Shown here piece by piece: positions 37,697 to 47,921 of a stretch of 58,054 nt of DNA. The position numbers and the translations under genes were made by a program. Each line of letters opens with the position of its first letter. Position 1 is the stretch's first letter. The stretch is taken from positions 1 to 58,054 of the IMG/VR virus record IMGVR_UViG_3300036851_000122, one strand, 5' to 3'. Under the pieces are notes generated by a model, which worked only from the letters and a program-made list of their open reading frames with translations, had not been told where the DNA came from and ran no database searches. This stretch comes from a virus (taxonomy: Duplodnaviria; Caudoviricetes).

Positions 37697-38899
37697 CTAG
37701 GTAGCGAGGGCATTAAAGTCAGCAGCCGAGATGGCTTGCTCGACGATTTTCTCTTGACGAGTCTTGAAGTAATCTTGTATAGTGGAGTCCTGCATCTGCT
37801 TGATAAAATCAAGTGTGACGAAGGCTTCCCAGGTAACACGTTCGAAGCCCCATACGGAGCAGATGGCATAGCTGTCATCACCGCTGAGCATACGGGCGAC
37901 GACGGAGCCTTTTGCGTAGAAGGAACCTGTGGGCATGTCCGGGGCTCCAGGTGGCTTACCGCTGCGGCTGTTCCAGTTGCCCCAGGAGTTCTGGATCATT
38001 GGGCAGATGTCATCGTGCTTGGCGGCCCAAGCGTTGTTGATGCTTGCTGGGGAGCACATGGCGTGAGACCATCCACCAGAAGCTTTTGCGACTCCTTCGT
38101 TGTCAGTGCCGCTGCTAAAGCCTTGGCCTGAGCAGATATTCGTGCCAAAGCCCATTGCGTGAGCATCGCGGAGCTCTTCAAGCGTGCGGATCGGGATGAT
38201 CCACTTTGCCTTGTTCTTGGCAGATTCGGCTTCCAGCCATGATGGCACACCGGCTTTCCCGTTGCTCTGCCACGAGGAGTTATACTTCGTGAGGTCAACT
38301 TTCTCGCTGCCATTTTCATAGACCTTGCGGTAGAGGAGACCACCTTTCCCATTTGGACCGATGTAGGCACATGGAGCCTCGCAAGACCAGCCATCTCCAT
38401 TGAAGCCGCGAGAGCGGTAGATGTTCTCGAAAGCAAGTTGGCCGAGGAACTTGGCCTGTCCCCAGAGGGAATCGTTGCAGTAGTCCACTTCTGCTGCGTG
38501 TTGGGTTCCGTGTACTGTGCAGTCACCCTGTACCTGAGCGTTGAGACCTCCCCAGCCAGGAATCTGCTTGAGGTTGGCTAGGTAAGGAGTGTTGATACGC
38601 CCCTTGCCAATGTCGCGTGCCCAGGGGAATACTTCGTAGAGGGTGGGTGAAGCAGCCCGCCACTCACGATACTTACGGTGCTCCTCAGGAATAAGAGAGT
38701 CGGTGCGTATGCCCTGGAAGCCACGGTTGTAGATGTCCAGGATTTCAGCGGGCTTGGGAAGAGTGACGAAGTCGGAAGCGTCAACGTCGTCTCCCTTGTC
38801 GTTTGGCTTCGTGAGCTCCTGAACGGGAACGCCTCTCACGCGGGCGAGGCATTGTTCGAACTGGAGGCCAACGAACTCTTTTGCTCTGGTTACGGGCAT
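37697..38899 (-). CDS. Papain-like (C1 family) cysteine peptidase
   Basis: Q..GDC (catalytic Cys), WSHAM (His), QNSWG (Asn). Confidence 0.85.
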   Translation of the reverse strand: MPVTRAKEFVGLQFEQCLARVRGVPVQELTKPNDKGDDVDASDFVTLPKPAEILDIYNRGFQGIRTDSLIPEEHRKYREWRAASPTLYEVFPWARDIGKGRINTPYLANLKQIPGWGGLNAQVQGDCTVHGTQHAAEVDYCNDSLWGQAKFLGQLAFENIYRSRGFNGDGWSCEAPCAYIGPNGKGGLLYRKVYENGSEKVDLTKYNSSWQSNGKAGVPSWLEAESAKNKAKWIIPIRTLEELRDAHAMGFGTNICSGQGFSSGTDNEGVAKASGGWSHAMCSPASINNAWAAKHDDICPMIQNSWGNWNSRSGKPPGAPDMPTGSFYAKGSVVARMLSGDDSYAICSVWGFERVTWEAFVTLDFIKQMQDSTIQDYFKTRQEKIVEQAISAADFNALAT

Positions 38900-38922
38900 G
38901 GTTCATTTCCTGGTCAGGAATG

Positions 38923-39138
38923 TTAAGCAGATTTTCCTAGGTAACTGGAAGGTGGGTATCCTCCAAGGTCCATCAGGATTCCGGTGAGGACGAATACAGC
39001 ACCAACAGCTATAACGCCCATCGCAATCTTGTTAAATGGCTGAGGAAGACCAATGAATCCCACAAGCCACCAGAGGAGCCAACAGACTGCTCCGGTAATG
39101 ATAATTAGACCAACAGCACGGACAAGTTTGGGAAGCAT
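38923..39138 (-). CDS. Small two-TM membrane protein (holin-like candidate)
   Basis: Two TM helices joined by LPQPF. Confidence 0.55.
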   Translation of the reverse strand: MLPKLVRAVGLIIITGAVCWLLWWLVGFIGLPQPFNKIAMGVIAVGAVFVLTGILMDLGGYPPSSYLGKSA

Positions 39139-39148
39139 AACGAGTTTC

Positions 39149-39955
39149 CTAAAAGACGGCTGCTCTTATGGCAGTAGCTGTGTCCCGCCAGAGTTGAGCG
39201 ATGCCTGGAATGTTTGTGGTCGTCAGATTTCTGGCTTTGAAGAGGTTTGCTTGATACTGGGACAGTCCTGGATCAAAGAACTTTGGTCCCCAAATAGCCG
39301 CTTCGTCTGGCGTGAACAGGCGACCATTTTCAACAGAGGTCAAAAGCGTAAAGTCTTGCAGGCTTCTGACTTCATTTGTGGCTACTGCTTTGGAAGCTAC
39401 GCCTTCGTAGTTGTCAGCGATCTTGAGAGCCTTTTCCTTGGAGTAGGAAGGACCAAGTGCTTTGAGAAGTGTAAACAAGTGCTTAGCGAACGGATCAGAA
39501 GGACCGGGGCCAGGAATAGGGTCCGGGTCTGGATCAGGAGTTGGGTCGGGGCCAGGTCCAGGTGGAACGGGTGTCCCGCCAACCTTGTAGTCCTTCTTGT
39601 ATTGCTGGATATCTATCCCAGAGATCACCCTGCGGTCAACAACAATTCTTTTGGACTGGTCAGCCGGATCGGGAATAGAGACCTGGAGGAGCTCGTAGGT
39701 TTTGACCAGTACAGTGGCTTCGATCCAGTGTGGGCCGGGTGGTGCCCATACGTGGAGTTTATTACCGTTTTCGGCGGTAACGGTCTTGGCAGCATTATCC
39801 ACTCTCCATAGGAACATAGCTTCCCCATCCTTGGGGATTATGCAGTTGCATCCTGCAACAATCGGATCGTATGGAGCTACAACGTCTGGCACTTGAATCT
39901 GTGCCAGTGCTGAGGAAGTGAACAGGAGGAACAGTAGGCAGCTAACTCTGGTCAT
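39149..39955 (-). CDS. Secreted protein with a Pro-Asp linker
   Basis: Signal peptide ending ALA-Q; PGPDPTPDPDPDP linker. Confidence 0.65.
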   Translation of the reverse strand: MTRVSCLLFLLFTSSALAQIQVPDVVAPYDPIVAGCNCIIPKDGEAMFLWRVDNAAKTVTAENGNKLHVWAPPGPHWIEATVLVKTYELLQVSIPDPADQSKRIVVDRRVISGIDIQQYKKDYKVGGTPVPPGPGPDPTPDPDPDPIPGPGPSDPFAKHLFTLLKALGPSYSKEKALKIADNYEGVASKAVATNEVRSLQDFTLLTSVENGRLFTPDEAAIWGPKFFDPGLSQYQANLFKARNLTTTNIPGIAQLWRDTATAIRAAVF

Positions 39956-40040
39956 GGTCGGGCGGCTTTCTGTGGGAGAAGGGAAGTGTATAGATGCTTG
40001 CGTCTAAACACCCTTGAGGACACGAGGTCCGAATGGGTGA

Positions 40041-40541
40041 TTAGGTACGCTTGGTCCCCGGCGAGGAGAACCTGTCGCGGCGTTCCTCGCCAGCGTTGGT
40101 GTCAGATGCCGGGCCTTCGTTCTTGCCGGAGTTGGGGAGGCTTGTATTCTCAGGTGAGAAACGTGAACCCTGGCGTTCCGGCTTCTTGTATTCCTTACCG
40201 AGACGCTTTACTTGGAAGTTGGCTGGAAGTTTCATACCATCAATCTCCGTTTCTCCAGACTCGGTGATGAGCTCGACTTCCTTATTGTCGATCATGGCCT
40301 GGAGATCGATCTTCTCGATGATCAGCGGTTCATCAGGAGGATTCTTCTTGACTGCTTTGGCGTATGCCTGAGCAACAGGGTGATCCGGGTTCTTGGCTAT
40401 AACAGCCGCGAGCTCCCGACAGGTTAGAGTGAATGTTTCACCCTTTTGGACCTTTATGTATCCAAGCTCAGGAGTTGCTTGTTCCTCTTTGGGCTTGTTC
40501 ATCCTGGAGAGGACAGAGTCGGCGAGTGATTCATCGGGCAT
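40041..40541 (-). CDS. Hypothetical protein
   Basis: ATG ORF after the major tail gene. Confidence 0.55.
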   Translation of the reverse strand: MPDESLADSVLSRMNKPKEEQATPELGYIKVQKGETFTLTCRELAAVIAKNPDHPVAQAYAKAVKKNPPDEPLIIEKIDLQAMIDNKEVELITESGETEIDGMKLPANFQVKRLGKEYKKPERQGSRFSPENTSLPNSGKNEGPASDTNAGEERRDRFSSPGTKRT

Positions 40542-40637
40542 GTGGCACCTATGGAGTAACCACTCCAGAGGCAGGGAGCCGACGAGGCGACCGTACCTTT
40601 GGAGTTTATTGGCAAAATGGGGGCTACGGGTTAGTGG

Positions 40638-41105
40638 CTATGCGACCACGAACCAGGATGGATCAACTTCAACAGCGGAGGCCACCATATATCCAATAGC
40701 CAAACGGATGTCGTGGCCTGCAACGTCTTCGAGGGGTTGGTCAAAGGGGAACTGTTCCACGAGGACAGGGCACCGGAGTCCCTCCACACCTGGGTCAGTA
40801 ATCAGGCCGCCCATGAAGGCCCACTCCTCAACGCTGCCAGCAAAGAAGGCGGTTCGGATGGCTGTATAGGCAGTAGCACCAAGACCGTAGTGGAGGCGGA
40901 ACTCGATGGCAATAGATTGGATAAGCGTGGGAAGGTTCTTGGTGAAGTCCTTTGCACGACGCTTGAGCTCGGCTAGGCCACGAGCTAGATCGGAAATCGA
41001 TAGGTCTCCGATTTCGGAGACAAGAGCCCAGACAGGAACAGCAGGCGTTCCCGTGTTACGGTACGCCTTCATTCGATGCCCGGTGAGCGGTTCAAAACCA
41101 GCCAT
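40638..41105 (-). CDS. Major tail (tube) protein
   Basis: Synteny; KAYRNTGT...PVW, F...QPLED. Confidence 0.65.
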   Translation of the reverse strand: MAGFEPLTGHRMKAYRNTGTPAVPVWALVSEIGDLSISDLARGLAELKRRAKDFTKNLPTLIQSIAIEFRLHYGLGATAYTAIRTAFFAGSVEEWAFMGGLITDPGVEGLRCPVLVEQFPFDQPLEDVAGHDIRLAIGYMVASAVEVDPSWFVVA

Positions 41106-41114
41106 AGAGTCCTC

Positions 41115-41612
41115 CTAGAGGTTAGGGACCATGCGAGTGTAGAAAGCTGTAAAGTACGCTTCGAAGGTCTGTGCCTTCCTCTGCATTATAAAGCTGAGGG
41201 GCATACCTTCTGGGTCTAAGGCATACTCGAGACGGGAGAACGAGAACGGGGGGAGGTTCACCAGCTTCTGGCAAACGTCTTCCAGTTCTTGCATAAACGA
41301 TAGGTAAGAGTCGATTTCAGCATCGTCTTGTGGATTCAGGATAACTATCTGGAATCCAAGCATGACTCCATGGTCGCGAGGACCGGCTGTATTGTTGCGG
41401 GAGCGGTTGATCAGGTCTCCAGGCCGGCCTCCCATTACGTACACTTTGCCGTGTGGGAACTGTTCTGGGTCCGCTAGGTCTTCTAGGTACTCAAAGGGCT
41501 TCCAGGTCTTTTCAAGAATGAAGTTATTGGCAAAGGTGAACTCTTCGGCAGCCTTGCGTACTCCTATACGGAGGTGGACTTCGTCTCTGATAAGTGTGAC
41601 TGGGTGGGGCAT
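41115..41612 (-). CDS. Tail terminator-like protein
   Basis: Synteny between the head-tail joining and tube genes. Confidence 0.5.
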   Translation of the reverse strand: MPHPVTLIRDEVHLRIGVRKAAEEFTFANNFILEKTWKPFEYLEDLADPEQFPHGKVYVMGGRPGDLINRSRNNTAGPRDHGVMLGFQIVILNPQDDAEIDSYLSFMQELEDVCQKLVNLPPFSFSRLEYALDPEGMPLSFIMQRKAQTFEAYFTAFYTRMVPNL

Positions 41613-41676
41613 GGTTTGATGTTTACATCAAAACTAAAGGAGCGTAAGCGACTGCACAGTGAGACTTTCAGTCTCG

Positions 41677-42060
41677 CTAGTATCCCCTGGAGTCTCTGTG
41701 AGTGTGAACCAGAATACGTTCGCGGTTGGAGGTGGTGTGCTGGAAAGGCGGTTCGTCCATCCCCATTGAAGCGGCTGTAAACCTCTCGTGTGTGTCGAGG
41801 CGTTCTACTTTGTCGCCTTCTAGCGGTGGGTAGAGATTCTTGAGGTGTATGACTTCGATTCCAAAATCCTGGTACTCCAATCTGGTGGCTGAAGCGTTGC
41901 CTGGAGTGATCTCATCAGAAGATATCAGGATAGGCTGTACGTCTAGAGGAATCCTGTAGGTGACGCCGGAACGTATTCCTACATAGACCGCCCGGACCGT
42001 GTTGGTCTGGGTCATCCGTTGCCCAACGTGTCGCAATCTGTTTTGGAAGATATAAGCCAC
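41677..42060 (-). CDS. Head-tail joining/closure protein
   Basis: Synteny; P..GD..., C-terminal LVHT. Confidence 0.55.
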   Translation of the reverse strand: MAYIFQNRLRHVGQRMTQTNTVRAVYVGIRSGVTYRIPLDVQPILISSDEITPGNASATRLEYQDFGIEVIHLKNLYPPLEGDKVERLDTHERFTAASMGMDEPPFQHTTSNRERILVHTHRDSRGY

Positions 42061-42072
42061 AAGGATTTCTCC

Positions 42073-42112
42073 GCCTTCCCCGGATCGCCAGGGGGACTGG
42101 TCCGGGGAAGGC
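42073..42112. terminator. Strong hairpin after the capsid cement gene (terminator or mRNA stabiliser)
   Basis: GCCTTCCCCGGA/TCCGGGGAAGGC 12-bp perfect stem. Confidence 0.55.
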
Positions 42113-42132
42113 AGCCAACGAAACTACGACCG

Positions 42133-42522
42133 TTAGGTCATAGTAGTAACCTGGGGGAGAATCTTGTTGATGTCCGTCTTAACGTGGTCATCACCGTCAA
42201 TGGCAGGTTCGTCTGCGATGCCCGCGTAGATGATGTTGGCACCGGCAGCAGCAACAGCAGTAAAGTTCACTGTATCCCAAAAGACTTTGGAGGATTGGGC
42301 AAACGTGACGCCTCCGCCAACAGCCTTCTTTAGCTTGAAGACATTGGCCTTTGCTACTGATCCCAATTTGCCATCGGTCAAACCTTCCGGGCTGGTAACG
42401 ATACCAATGTCACCACCCAGATCGATGACCTTACCAACGCCAGGGGAGGAACCGGAAGGTGTGAAGTCTCCCCGGTTCTGGTCATTCCCTCGGTAGAATA
42501 CAGCTTCAAGTGTCTGTGCCAT
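42133..42522 (-). CDS. Capsid cement/decoration protein (DUF2190-like)
   Basis: DFTP, G.LGSV....VF.L.K, VFWD. Confidence 0.75.
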   Translation of the reverse strand: MAQTLEAVFYRGNDQNRGDFTPSGSSPGVGKVIDLGGDIGIVTSPEGLTDGKLGSVAKANVFKLKKAVGGGVTFAQSSKVFWDTVNFTAVAAAGANIIYAGIADEPAIDGDDHVKTDINKILPQVTTMT

Positions 42523-42577
42523 GATTGGCTCCTAATTGTTGGTTGTGGGGCTCTTTGTGAAGGAAAGGGAAGAAGAC

Positions 42578-43033
42578 CTACTTCTTGGGCTTATCACCCT
42601 CACCGGCAGGAACCGTGCTGGCTTCAGCAGCCTCAGGCTTGGTGGTCTCCCGATGGACACGGCCGACGGAGTCGCTGTCCCGAGTAACACGTTCGCCGAG
42701 CTTCTTCTCCAGTCGGCTGCGGCCTTGTGGACGAGGAGCCATGCGAGGAGGCTCGTTGGCTTCCCGCTTGTGCTTGCCACGAGGCTTCTTGCCTGTGGCT
42801 TCATCAACTTCGGGTTCCTCGAACATGCAGTCACAGAGGTCTTCACAGGGAACCTCTATGGCTCCTGCTCCGGTTTCAGCAACATCATCCATGTTGCCAC
42901 CAAGCTTCTCATAGATATCAGCGAGCTCGGAGTTGATGGTCACGAACCCTTGGGAGCCTTCGACGCCACGGGCAATGTCTTCCAACTCCTTGATCTTGTT
43001 GACGTCGATTTCTTCGTGTTTGCGTTTGGCCAT
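42578..43033 (-). CDS. Hypothetical protein
   Basis: AAGGA RBS, directly after the capsid gene. Confidence 0.55.
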   Translation of the reverse strand: MAKRKHEEIDVNKIKELEDIARGVEGSQGFVTINSELADIYEKLGGNMDDVAETGAGAIEVPCEDLCDCMFEEPEVDEATGKKPRGKHKREANEPPRMAPRPQGRSRLEKKLGERVTRDSDSVGRVHRETTKPEAAEASTVPAGEGDKPKK

Positions 43034-43182
43034 TGTTGATTTTCCTTCTTAATGGTAGGTCAGGAGGGCAGGGAGAACAGTTAGGTAGCTAATCTTTCTG
43101 CCTCCCTACCCAGCCCGACCAGAGTGGTGGAGTCTGGAACAACTGTCGATTGAAGCTGCGGGCAACGAGTCCGCAAGCGAAG

Positions 43183-45564
43183 CTAGGCTCCAGCACTCTT
43201 AAGAGCCATTTGGGTAATGTGCATGGCGAGACCGAAGTCAAAGTAGCCACGCATCTGGATGCCACCGGGGATGTTGAACTGGGTTTCCTCCTGGTCGAAG
43301 AATGGAGTCTGACGACCATTGAGAAAACCGATAACCAGAGCAGCACCCTGAGGAGCGTTGGGGGAAGCAATCAGATACCACTGAGTTGCTGACTGCCCGC
43401 TGATCGCACGACCATCCTGGTCGGTGATCGAAGTGTTGTTGAGATAGCCGCTGCCAATTGGACGGTAGCGTCCAACAAACGGGTTGTTTGCGAATTGGGG
43501 GACGTTCGCGGTGGTGGTTACTTCTAGGTTGGACTGGCTGAAGATTCGGCCAGCCAAAACCTCGTTGGTGGTTCCAACCAGGAGGATCGACGGGGCCACC
43601 GAGATCGGCTTGCCGTTGATTACCTGATTTCGGAAGGAAACCTGTGCAGTCTCGATGGAAGTGAGACCAAGAGCCGAAGCGGCTCCTGTGAGCAGGTTGC
43701 CGTTGCCAGCAGCGAAGAAGGAGCCAGGGTTGCTGAGGAGTAAGACGAAGAGGGCTTCCTCGATACGTTGAGCACCGAGGGAACCGAAGCCCTGTGCCTG
43801 ACTCATCACGAGACCGAGATCGTCGTTAATCCGGGTCTTGCGATCAATCGTCAGCATTGCACCAAACGTCTCTGCCTGGATGGTTTTCTTCGTGTCAACC
43901 AAGCTGAGGTGCTTGAGCTCGCCGTCAGGAGCCACCTTGCGGAAATGCCCCTGGTAGTCCAAGCGGTAGAGAGCGTGAATCTTGAAGTCATTGAGGGAAC
44001 GGACAGAGGAGATTTGCCGCCAGACTCCCTCAGTGGCTACGAAGCCGAGCATGGCGGCTTTGTGCATCACGTTCTCGAGGACTTGAACCACGTTGATGGT
44101 GGAAAAGCCAGAAGCCTTGAGCTCCTTAGCCTTCACCCAGGCACCGTGAGCTTCGGCCTGGATGTTGGATTCTCCACGCAAGTAGCCGAGATTCTTACCG
44201 GCTGCAACAATTTGCAAACGGTAGAGGTTCTCGATGCTGTTGTTAATCCGATACTGCTGCTTCTCCGAGGCGGTAAGCACCTTCTCGTTGTAAATGTGTT
44301 CCAGGCCGTATTTGGTGCCAGACTTCACATTCACTTCGTTGAGAGGCATCATTGCCTGCCGGAGGATGGCACACTCGAGAGCTTCGTTCTCGACTTCCTT
44401 GTTGACAATATGGATGGCAGGACCGCCTGCTTCCAAGTCGACACGAGAGGCACGCCGACATTCGAGCTCAAACTGGTCGGCTTCCCAGCCCTCACGGATA
44501 GCATGGGAACGTGCAGCTTCGAAGGTGAGCTCTTTGCCACCGATCTTCATCTTGGTGATGCCCGCTTCCGAAAAGCGATTGGCAACCGCCACGATGGAAC
44601 CGCGACGCTCATCTTCTTCAGCGTCAAGTTGGCGACGCTTGGTCACGTACTCCTTGAGATCGAAGTTGTTGGAAGCACGTACGCGACGGCTAGCAGGAGG
44701 ATCATCGTCCGGCGGGTCTTCGTCGTCGGGAGGGTCGTCATCGTCGTCCTTCGGTTGAGCCTTGAGACGCTTTCCCTTCTTCGCATTCTTTTTGGGCGGC
44801 TCAGAGCCCTTCCAGAGTTGGCGATACTTGGCTTCGATTTCGGGCGTCATGCCTTCCAGCGTCAGGCCAAGGTCTTTGAGGAATTCTTCAAACTCCATGT
44901 CAATCTCCTTTTTCAAGCGAGACGCGACAATCGTTTCCGTATTGCCATCGGCTCCTAGAACGGTTACAGAAAGTTCACGTATAGAGCTCCTTGTCGCAAC
45001 GATGATCGGACCTTCATAGGTCTTCCCATTGACATCCACCTCTTCGTCTTCATCTACGAAGGTGGCTGCCAGTACCTTGGCACCAATTGAGACTTGGAAC
45101 GGAAAGCCCTTCCTGGCGTCAGTAACAATCCCTTTCGCGATTTCCATGTCGGATGATCTAACCCCTCTTGCTCCAATAAAGGGACCTATCACCTTCTTGT
45201 CACCTAGCAGACTCTTTTCTCCGGCCTTAAGGATGAGTTGTTCAGTCGTATGGCCAATACGATTGCTCGTCTTGTGATCAGCAATAATAGGAGTCTTGTT
45301 CTTGTGGAACCTGGCTCCCTTCATGTCAACAACAACAGGATAGGGAAACCCCGCAAGGTCCATCGGAACCCCAGTGTTCGCCATGAGGGTTAGCTGGGGT
45401 TCTTTGTCACCTTCACTTGAAGCAGCGGCAACATCTAGGTTGCCAACAAACTCAAAGTCGGCCTTTTCGAGTTTCAGAGCTCGAGTACCGCAAATGGTGC
45501 CAGGGATTATGAGGTGTTTAGGCATTTGGATTTTATTAGCTGGGGGCAGCCTTCTAGGAGCCAT
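43183..45564 (-). CDS. Prohead protease-major capsid protein fusion (Mu gpT-like HK97 fold)
   Basis: Protease motifs DH...IG, FQVSIGA, ELSV..LGAD; acidic linker; capsid motifs DFK, ETFG.M..I.R...INDDLG, DFG. The start may be at 45525. Confidence 0.85.
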   Translation of the reverse strand: MAPRRLPPANKIQMPKHLIIPGTICGTRALKLEKADFEFVGNLDVAAASSEGDKEPQLTLMANTGVPMDLAGFPYPVVVDMKGARFHKNKTPIIADHKTSNRIGHTTEQLILKAGEKSLLGDKKVIGPFIGARGVRSSDMEIAKGIVTDARKGFPFQVSIGAKVLAATFVDEDEEVDVNGKTYEGPIIVATRSSIRELSVTVLGADGNTETIVASRLKKEIDMEFEEFLKDLGLTLEGMTPEIEAKYRQLWKGSEPPKKNAKKGKRLKAQPKDDDDDPPDDEDPPDDDPPASRRVRASNNFDLKEYVTKRRQLDAEEDERRGSIVAVANRFSEAGITKMKIGGKELTFEAARSHAIREGWEADQFELECRRASRVDLEAGGPAIHIVNKEVENEALECAILRQAMMPLNEVNVKSGTKYGLEHIYNEKVLTASEKQQYRINNSIENLYRLQIVAAGKNLGYLRGESNIQAEAHGAWVKAKELKASGFSTINVVQVLENVMHKAAMLGFVATEGVWRQISSVRSLNDFKIHALYRLDYQGHFRKVAPDGELKHLSLVDTKKTIQAETFGAMLTIDRKTRINDDLGLVMSQAQGFGSLGAQRIEEALFVLLLSNPGSFFAAGNGNLLTGAASALGLTSIETAQVSFRNQVINGKPISVAPSILLVGTTNEVLAGRIFSQSNLEVTTTANVPQFANNPFVGRYRPIGSGYLNNTSITDQDGRAISGQSATQWYLIASPNAPQGAALVIGFLNGRQTPFFDQEETQFNIPGGIQMRGYFDFGLAMHITQMALKSAGA

Positions 45565-45607
45565 GTTGAAGTTTAGGTGGTCGGCTTCCTCTCAAGCAAC
45601 AGTATAT

Positions 45608-47236
45608 TTAGCGGGCTGGTTTCTTAGCCGGCTTCTTCTTTGTGGAAGAAGATGAACCGGGCTTGGCCGGAGCGGGAGCGTTGTCAACCTTGTAGGTATC
45701 CTCCGGGTTGACAGGCTTCAACTTGCCACGGAACTGCTCATCCTCTAGGAGCTCCTCACGCCAATCGTCAACGTCACGGTTGTAGTGGCCTTCTTGAATG
45801 TCGGCATCTGTTAGGAACCGCTTATCATGTAGCGTCTTCAGAGCGGCGGCCACTTTGTCAGGATCGGTGTGGTCGAGGCCAACACGGTCCCATCTCCAGC
45901 GATGAGCAATATATCCCATCCTGTCGCTAGAGAGCATATTGTCGCCGAGGTAGTTTCGAACAAGGATGGCTTCTTCCCACCACATGGGGAAGGCAATGTT
46001 GAGCACGTCCTCTTCGGAACTGGTGCGTTCGGAATGCTGACCGCCTTTGTAGATATGCTGGTCTAGGACACCAGCAGACATGTTGGAGTCCTTGGAGGTG
46101 CCGGCGGCCATGTTGTAGGGGGCTAGAATGGGACGGACAATCTCGCGTAGCAGGGCTCCCACAAAAGCGTCGTACTGTTGCCCAAGGGGGACGGATTCTA
46201 GTTGCTTGGCCTTGTAGCCTAAGGGAAGATTGGACATCATTCCCATGTCGATTGGCCAAACAGCAAAGGGGTCATCAATCAAGTTGCCATAAGCGTCCAT
46301 ATTGAACGGGGCTGGCGAGGCTGGATTGTCAGTCTCCAGAAGGATAGTAAAGTCGGCGACCACTTCAGCGTGGCGGATGATCGAGAGCGTGTACCTACGA
46401 AGAAGGGCACACAGAGGTAGAGAGGGTGTGAGCTCAGGGATGCCACGAAGCCAGCCTCGATCTTGACGGAACCAATGGATTACCTGTTTGGCATCCACCC
46501 ACTTCCCATCATTGCGTTCAGAAGCAGGTGCAAAGGGGTTACGAGCAGAGCCGCCTGGATGACGGTAGAGAATATGATACTGAGTTGGCTGCTCGTAGGA
46601 ATCGAACCGTACGCCGTCGATTTCTCCTATGCGGCGTCTCGGGTCTGGGGCCGGCTCTTCGGAGGAGATGCGGTCGGTTTCTATAATGTGAAAGTCGAGT
46701 AATACCTTGTGATCTATCCTCCGGTTGCGATTGGTAAAGGGGATAAGGAAGCTCTCTCCATCCGTGATCTTTGCCATACGCATACGCCATAGCTTCTGCC
46801 GGAAGCGTGAGACTTCACACCACTCGTTCCAACGCTTCTCAATGGCTCGACGGCGGGCTGGAGAGAACCGCTTGTCTGTAATCTGGAGCTTGGGACCGGT
46901 TCCTACGAAGTCGTTGGCAAGCGTAAGTAGTGTACCCTTCAAGTAGGGATTGTTCTCCATAACTTCATAACGGGAACGGGAACGCAGTGTGCGACGTACG
47001 GCTAGAGAAGCTGCTTGGTGAGGGTCGAGATGGTCAGCGTTTGCCCAGTGGTTCTCGTTGGATGTGAATGTCTGAGCAGCATCGTATTTTGCACGGAGCT
47101 CTCTACGTTGTTGAATAAGCTGGTTGAGAGCCCTGGCATACTGAGCTGCTAACTCAGGAGGTAGTGGGCGTGGCGTTTCTGTGGGAGAAATACCACTCAT
47201 AGGCCGCCCGGAAGCATCAAGAAGTTGACCGTGCAT
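45608..47236 (-). CDS. Portal protein, lambda family
   Basis: LRSRSRYE..NN, DGE.F, DGV.FD, RGIP, DP.K. Confidence 0.9.
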   Translation of the reverse strand: MHGQLLDASGRPMSGISPTETPRPLPPELAAQYARALNQLIQQRRELRAKYDAAQTFTSNENHWANADHLDPHQAASLAVRRTLRSRSRYEVMENNPYLKGTLLTLANDFVGTGPKLQITDKRFSPARRRAIEKRWNEWCEVSRFRQKLWRMRMAKITDGESFLIPFTNRNRRIDHKVLLDFHIIETDRISSEEPAPDPRRRIGEIDGVRFDSYEQPTQYHILYRHPGGSARNPFAPASERNDGKWVDAKQVIHWFRQDRGWLRGIPELTPSLPLCALLRRYTLSIIRHAEVVADFTILLETDNPASPAPFNMDAYGNLIDDPFAVWPIDMGMMSNLPLGYKAKQLESVPLGQQYDAFVGALLREIVRPILAPYNMAAGTSKDSNMSAGVLDQHIYKGGQHSERTSSEEDVLNIAFPMWWEEAILVRNYLGDNMLSSDRMGYIAHRWRWDRVGLDHTDPDKVAAALKTLHDKRFLTDADIQEGHYNRDVDDWREELLEDEQFRGKLKPVNPEDTYKVDNAPAPAKPGSSSSTKKKPAKKPAR

Positions 47237-47240
47237 GATA

Positions 47241-47618
47241 CTAGCTCTCTAAAACGTAAACCTGAATAGGCGAAGTGGCTAGGCTGGACTTGAAAGCAAG
47301 AACAGCACCAGCTTTCATACGAAATGAAGCCTGATCCCCAGGGTTTAGTGTTCCGATTGGATGGAGTGTTGCAGCAACAACAGGTCCCCAGTCAACTACA
47401 GCGGCAGCATCTACGTTCTTGAAGTAGATCAGACCAAGCGTAGTGACTCCAGTTGTCACCAAATTTGCTCCTTGTGCAGCATTGGTCGCAATGTGCTGAC
47501 CAGGAACACCGCCGCCTTGTCCGGTCTGGTTTAACTGTATGGAGCTGCCAACTCGGGGGAGGGTGAATGTTCCCTTCTTAGCAGACAGGGTAACATTGTG
47601 GGTGATCTCATTGGCCAT
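47241..47618 (-). CDS. Putative virion protein
   Basis: Beta-rich, located in the head module. Confidence 0.5.
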   Translation of the reverse strand: MANEITHNVTLSAKKGTFTLPRVGSSIQLNQTGQGGGVPGQHIATNAAQGANLVTTGVTTLGLIYFKNVDAAAVVDWGPVVAATLHPIGTLNPGDQASFRMKAGAVLAFKSSLATSPIQVYVLES

Positions 47619-47666
47619 AGGACACCGTACTAGTGGAGTTTATTGACAAAAGTGTGGCTGCGGTTC

Positions 47667-47900
47667 TTATCCCACCCCGTACAAGGCAACGATAGAAGTC
47701 GCTGTGGTTCCCGTACCACGTACACGGGATACGTGAATATCAAGTTGGGTGCCGGCCGGAACGCCTGTGAAAGTGACCGTTTGGCCTCCTTGCATAACAA
47801 CAGACAGATTTCCAGCACCGCCTACCCAGAGAGCATCTGTGGTCCCGGAAACGGTATCATTCGTGTCGTGAGGCGTGACAGCTTCGGCAGAACGAAACAT
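47667..47900 (-). CDS. Head spike base protein (RcGTA Rcc01079-like)
   Basis: AVTP.D, ALWVGGAGNL.V.M..G..VTF..VPAG..L......V..TGTTA..IVAL. Confidence 0.75.
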   Translation of the reverse strand: MFRSAEAVTPHDTNDTVSGTTDALWVGGAGNLSVVMQGGQTVTFTGVPAGTQLDIHVSRVRGTGTTATSIVALYGVG

Positions 47901-47921
47901 TGGTTGGTTTCCTAATGAGTG

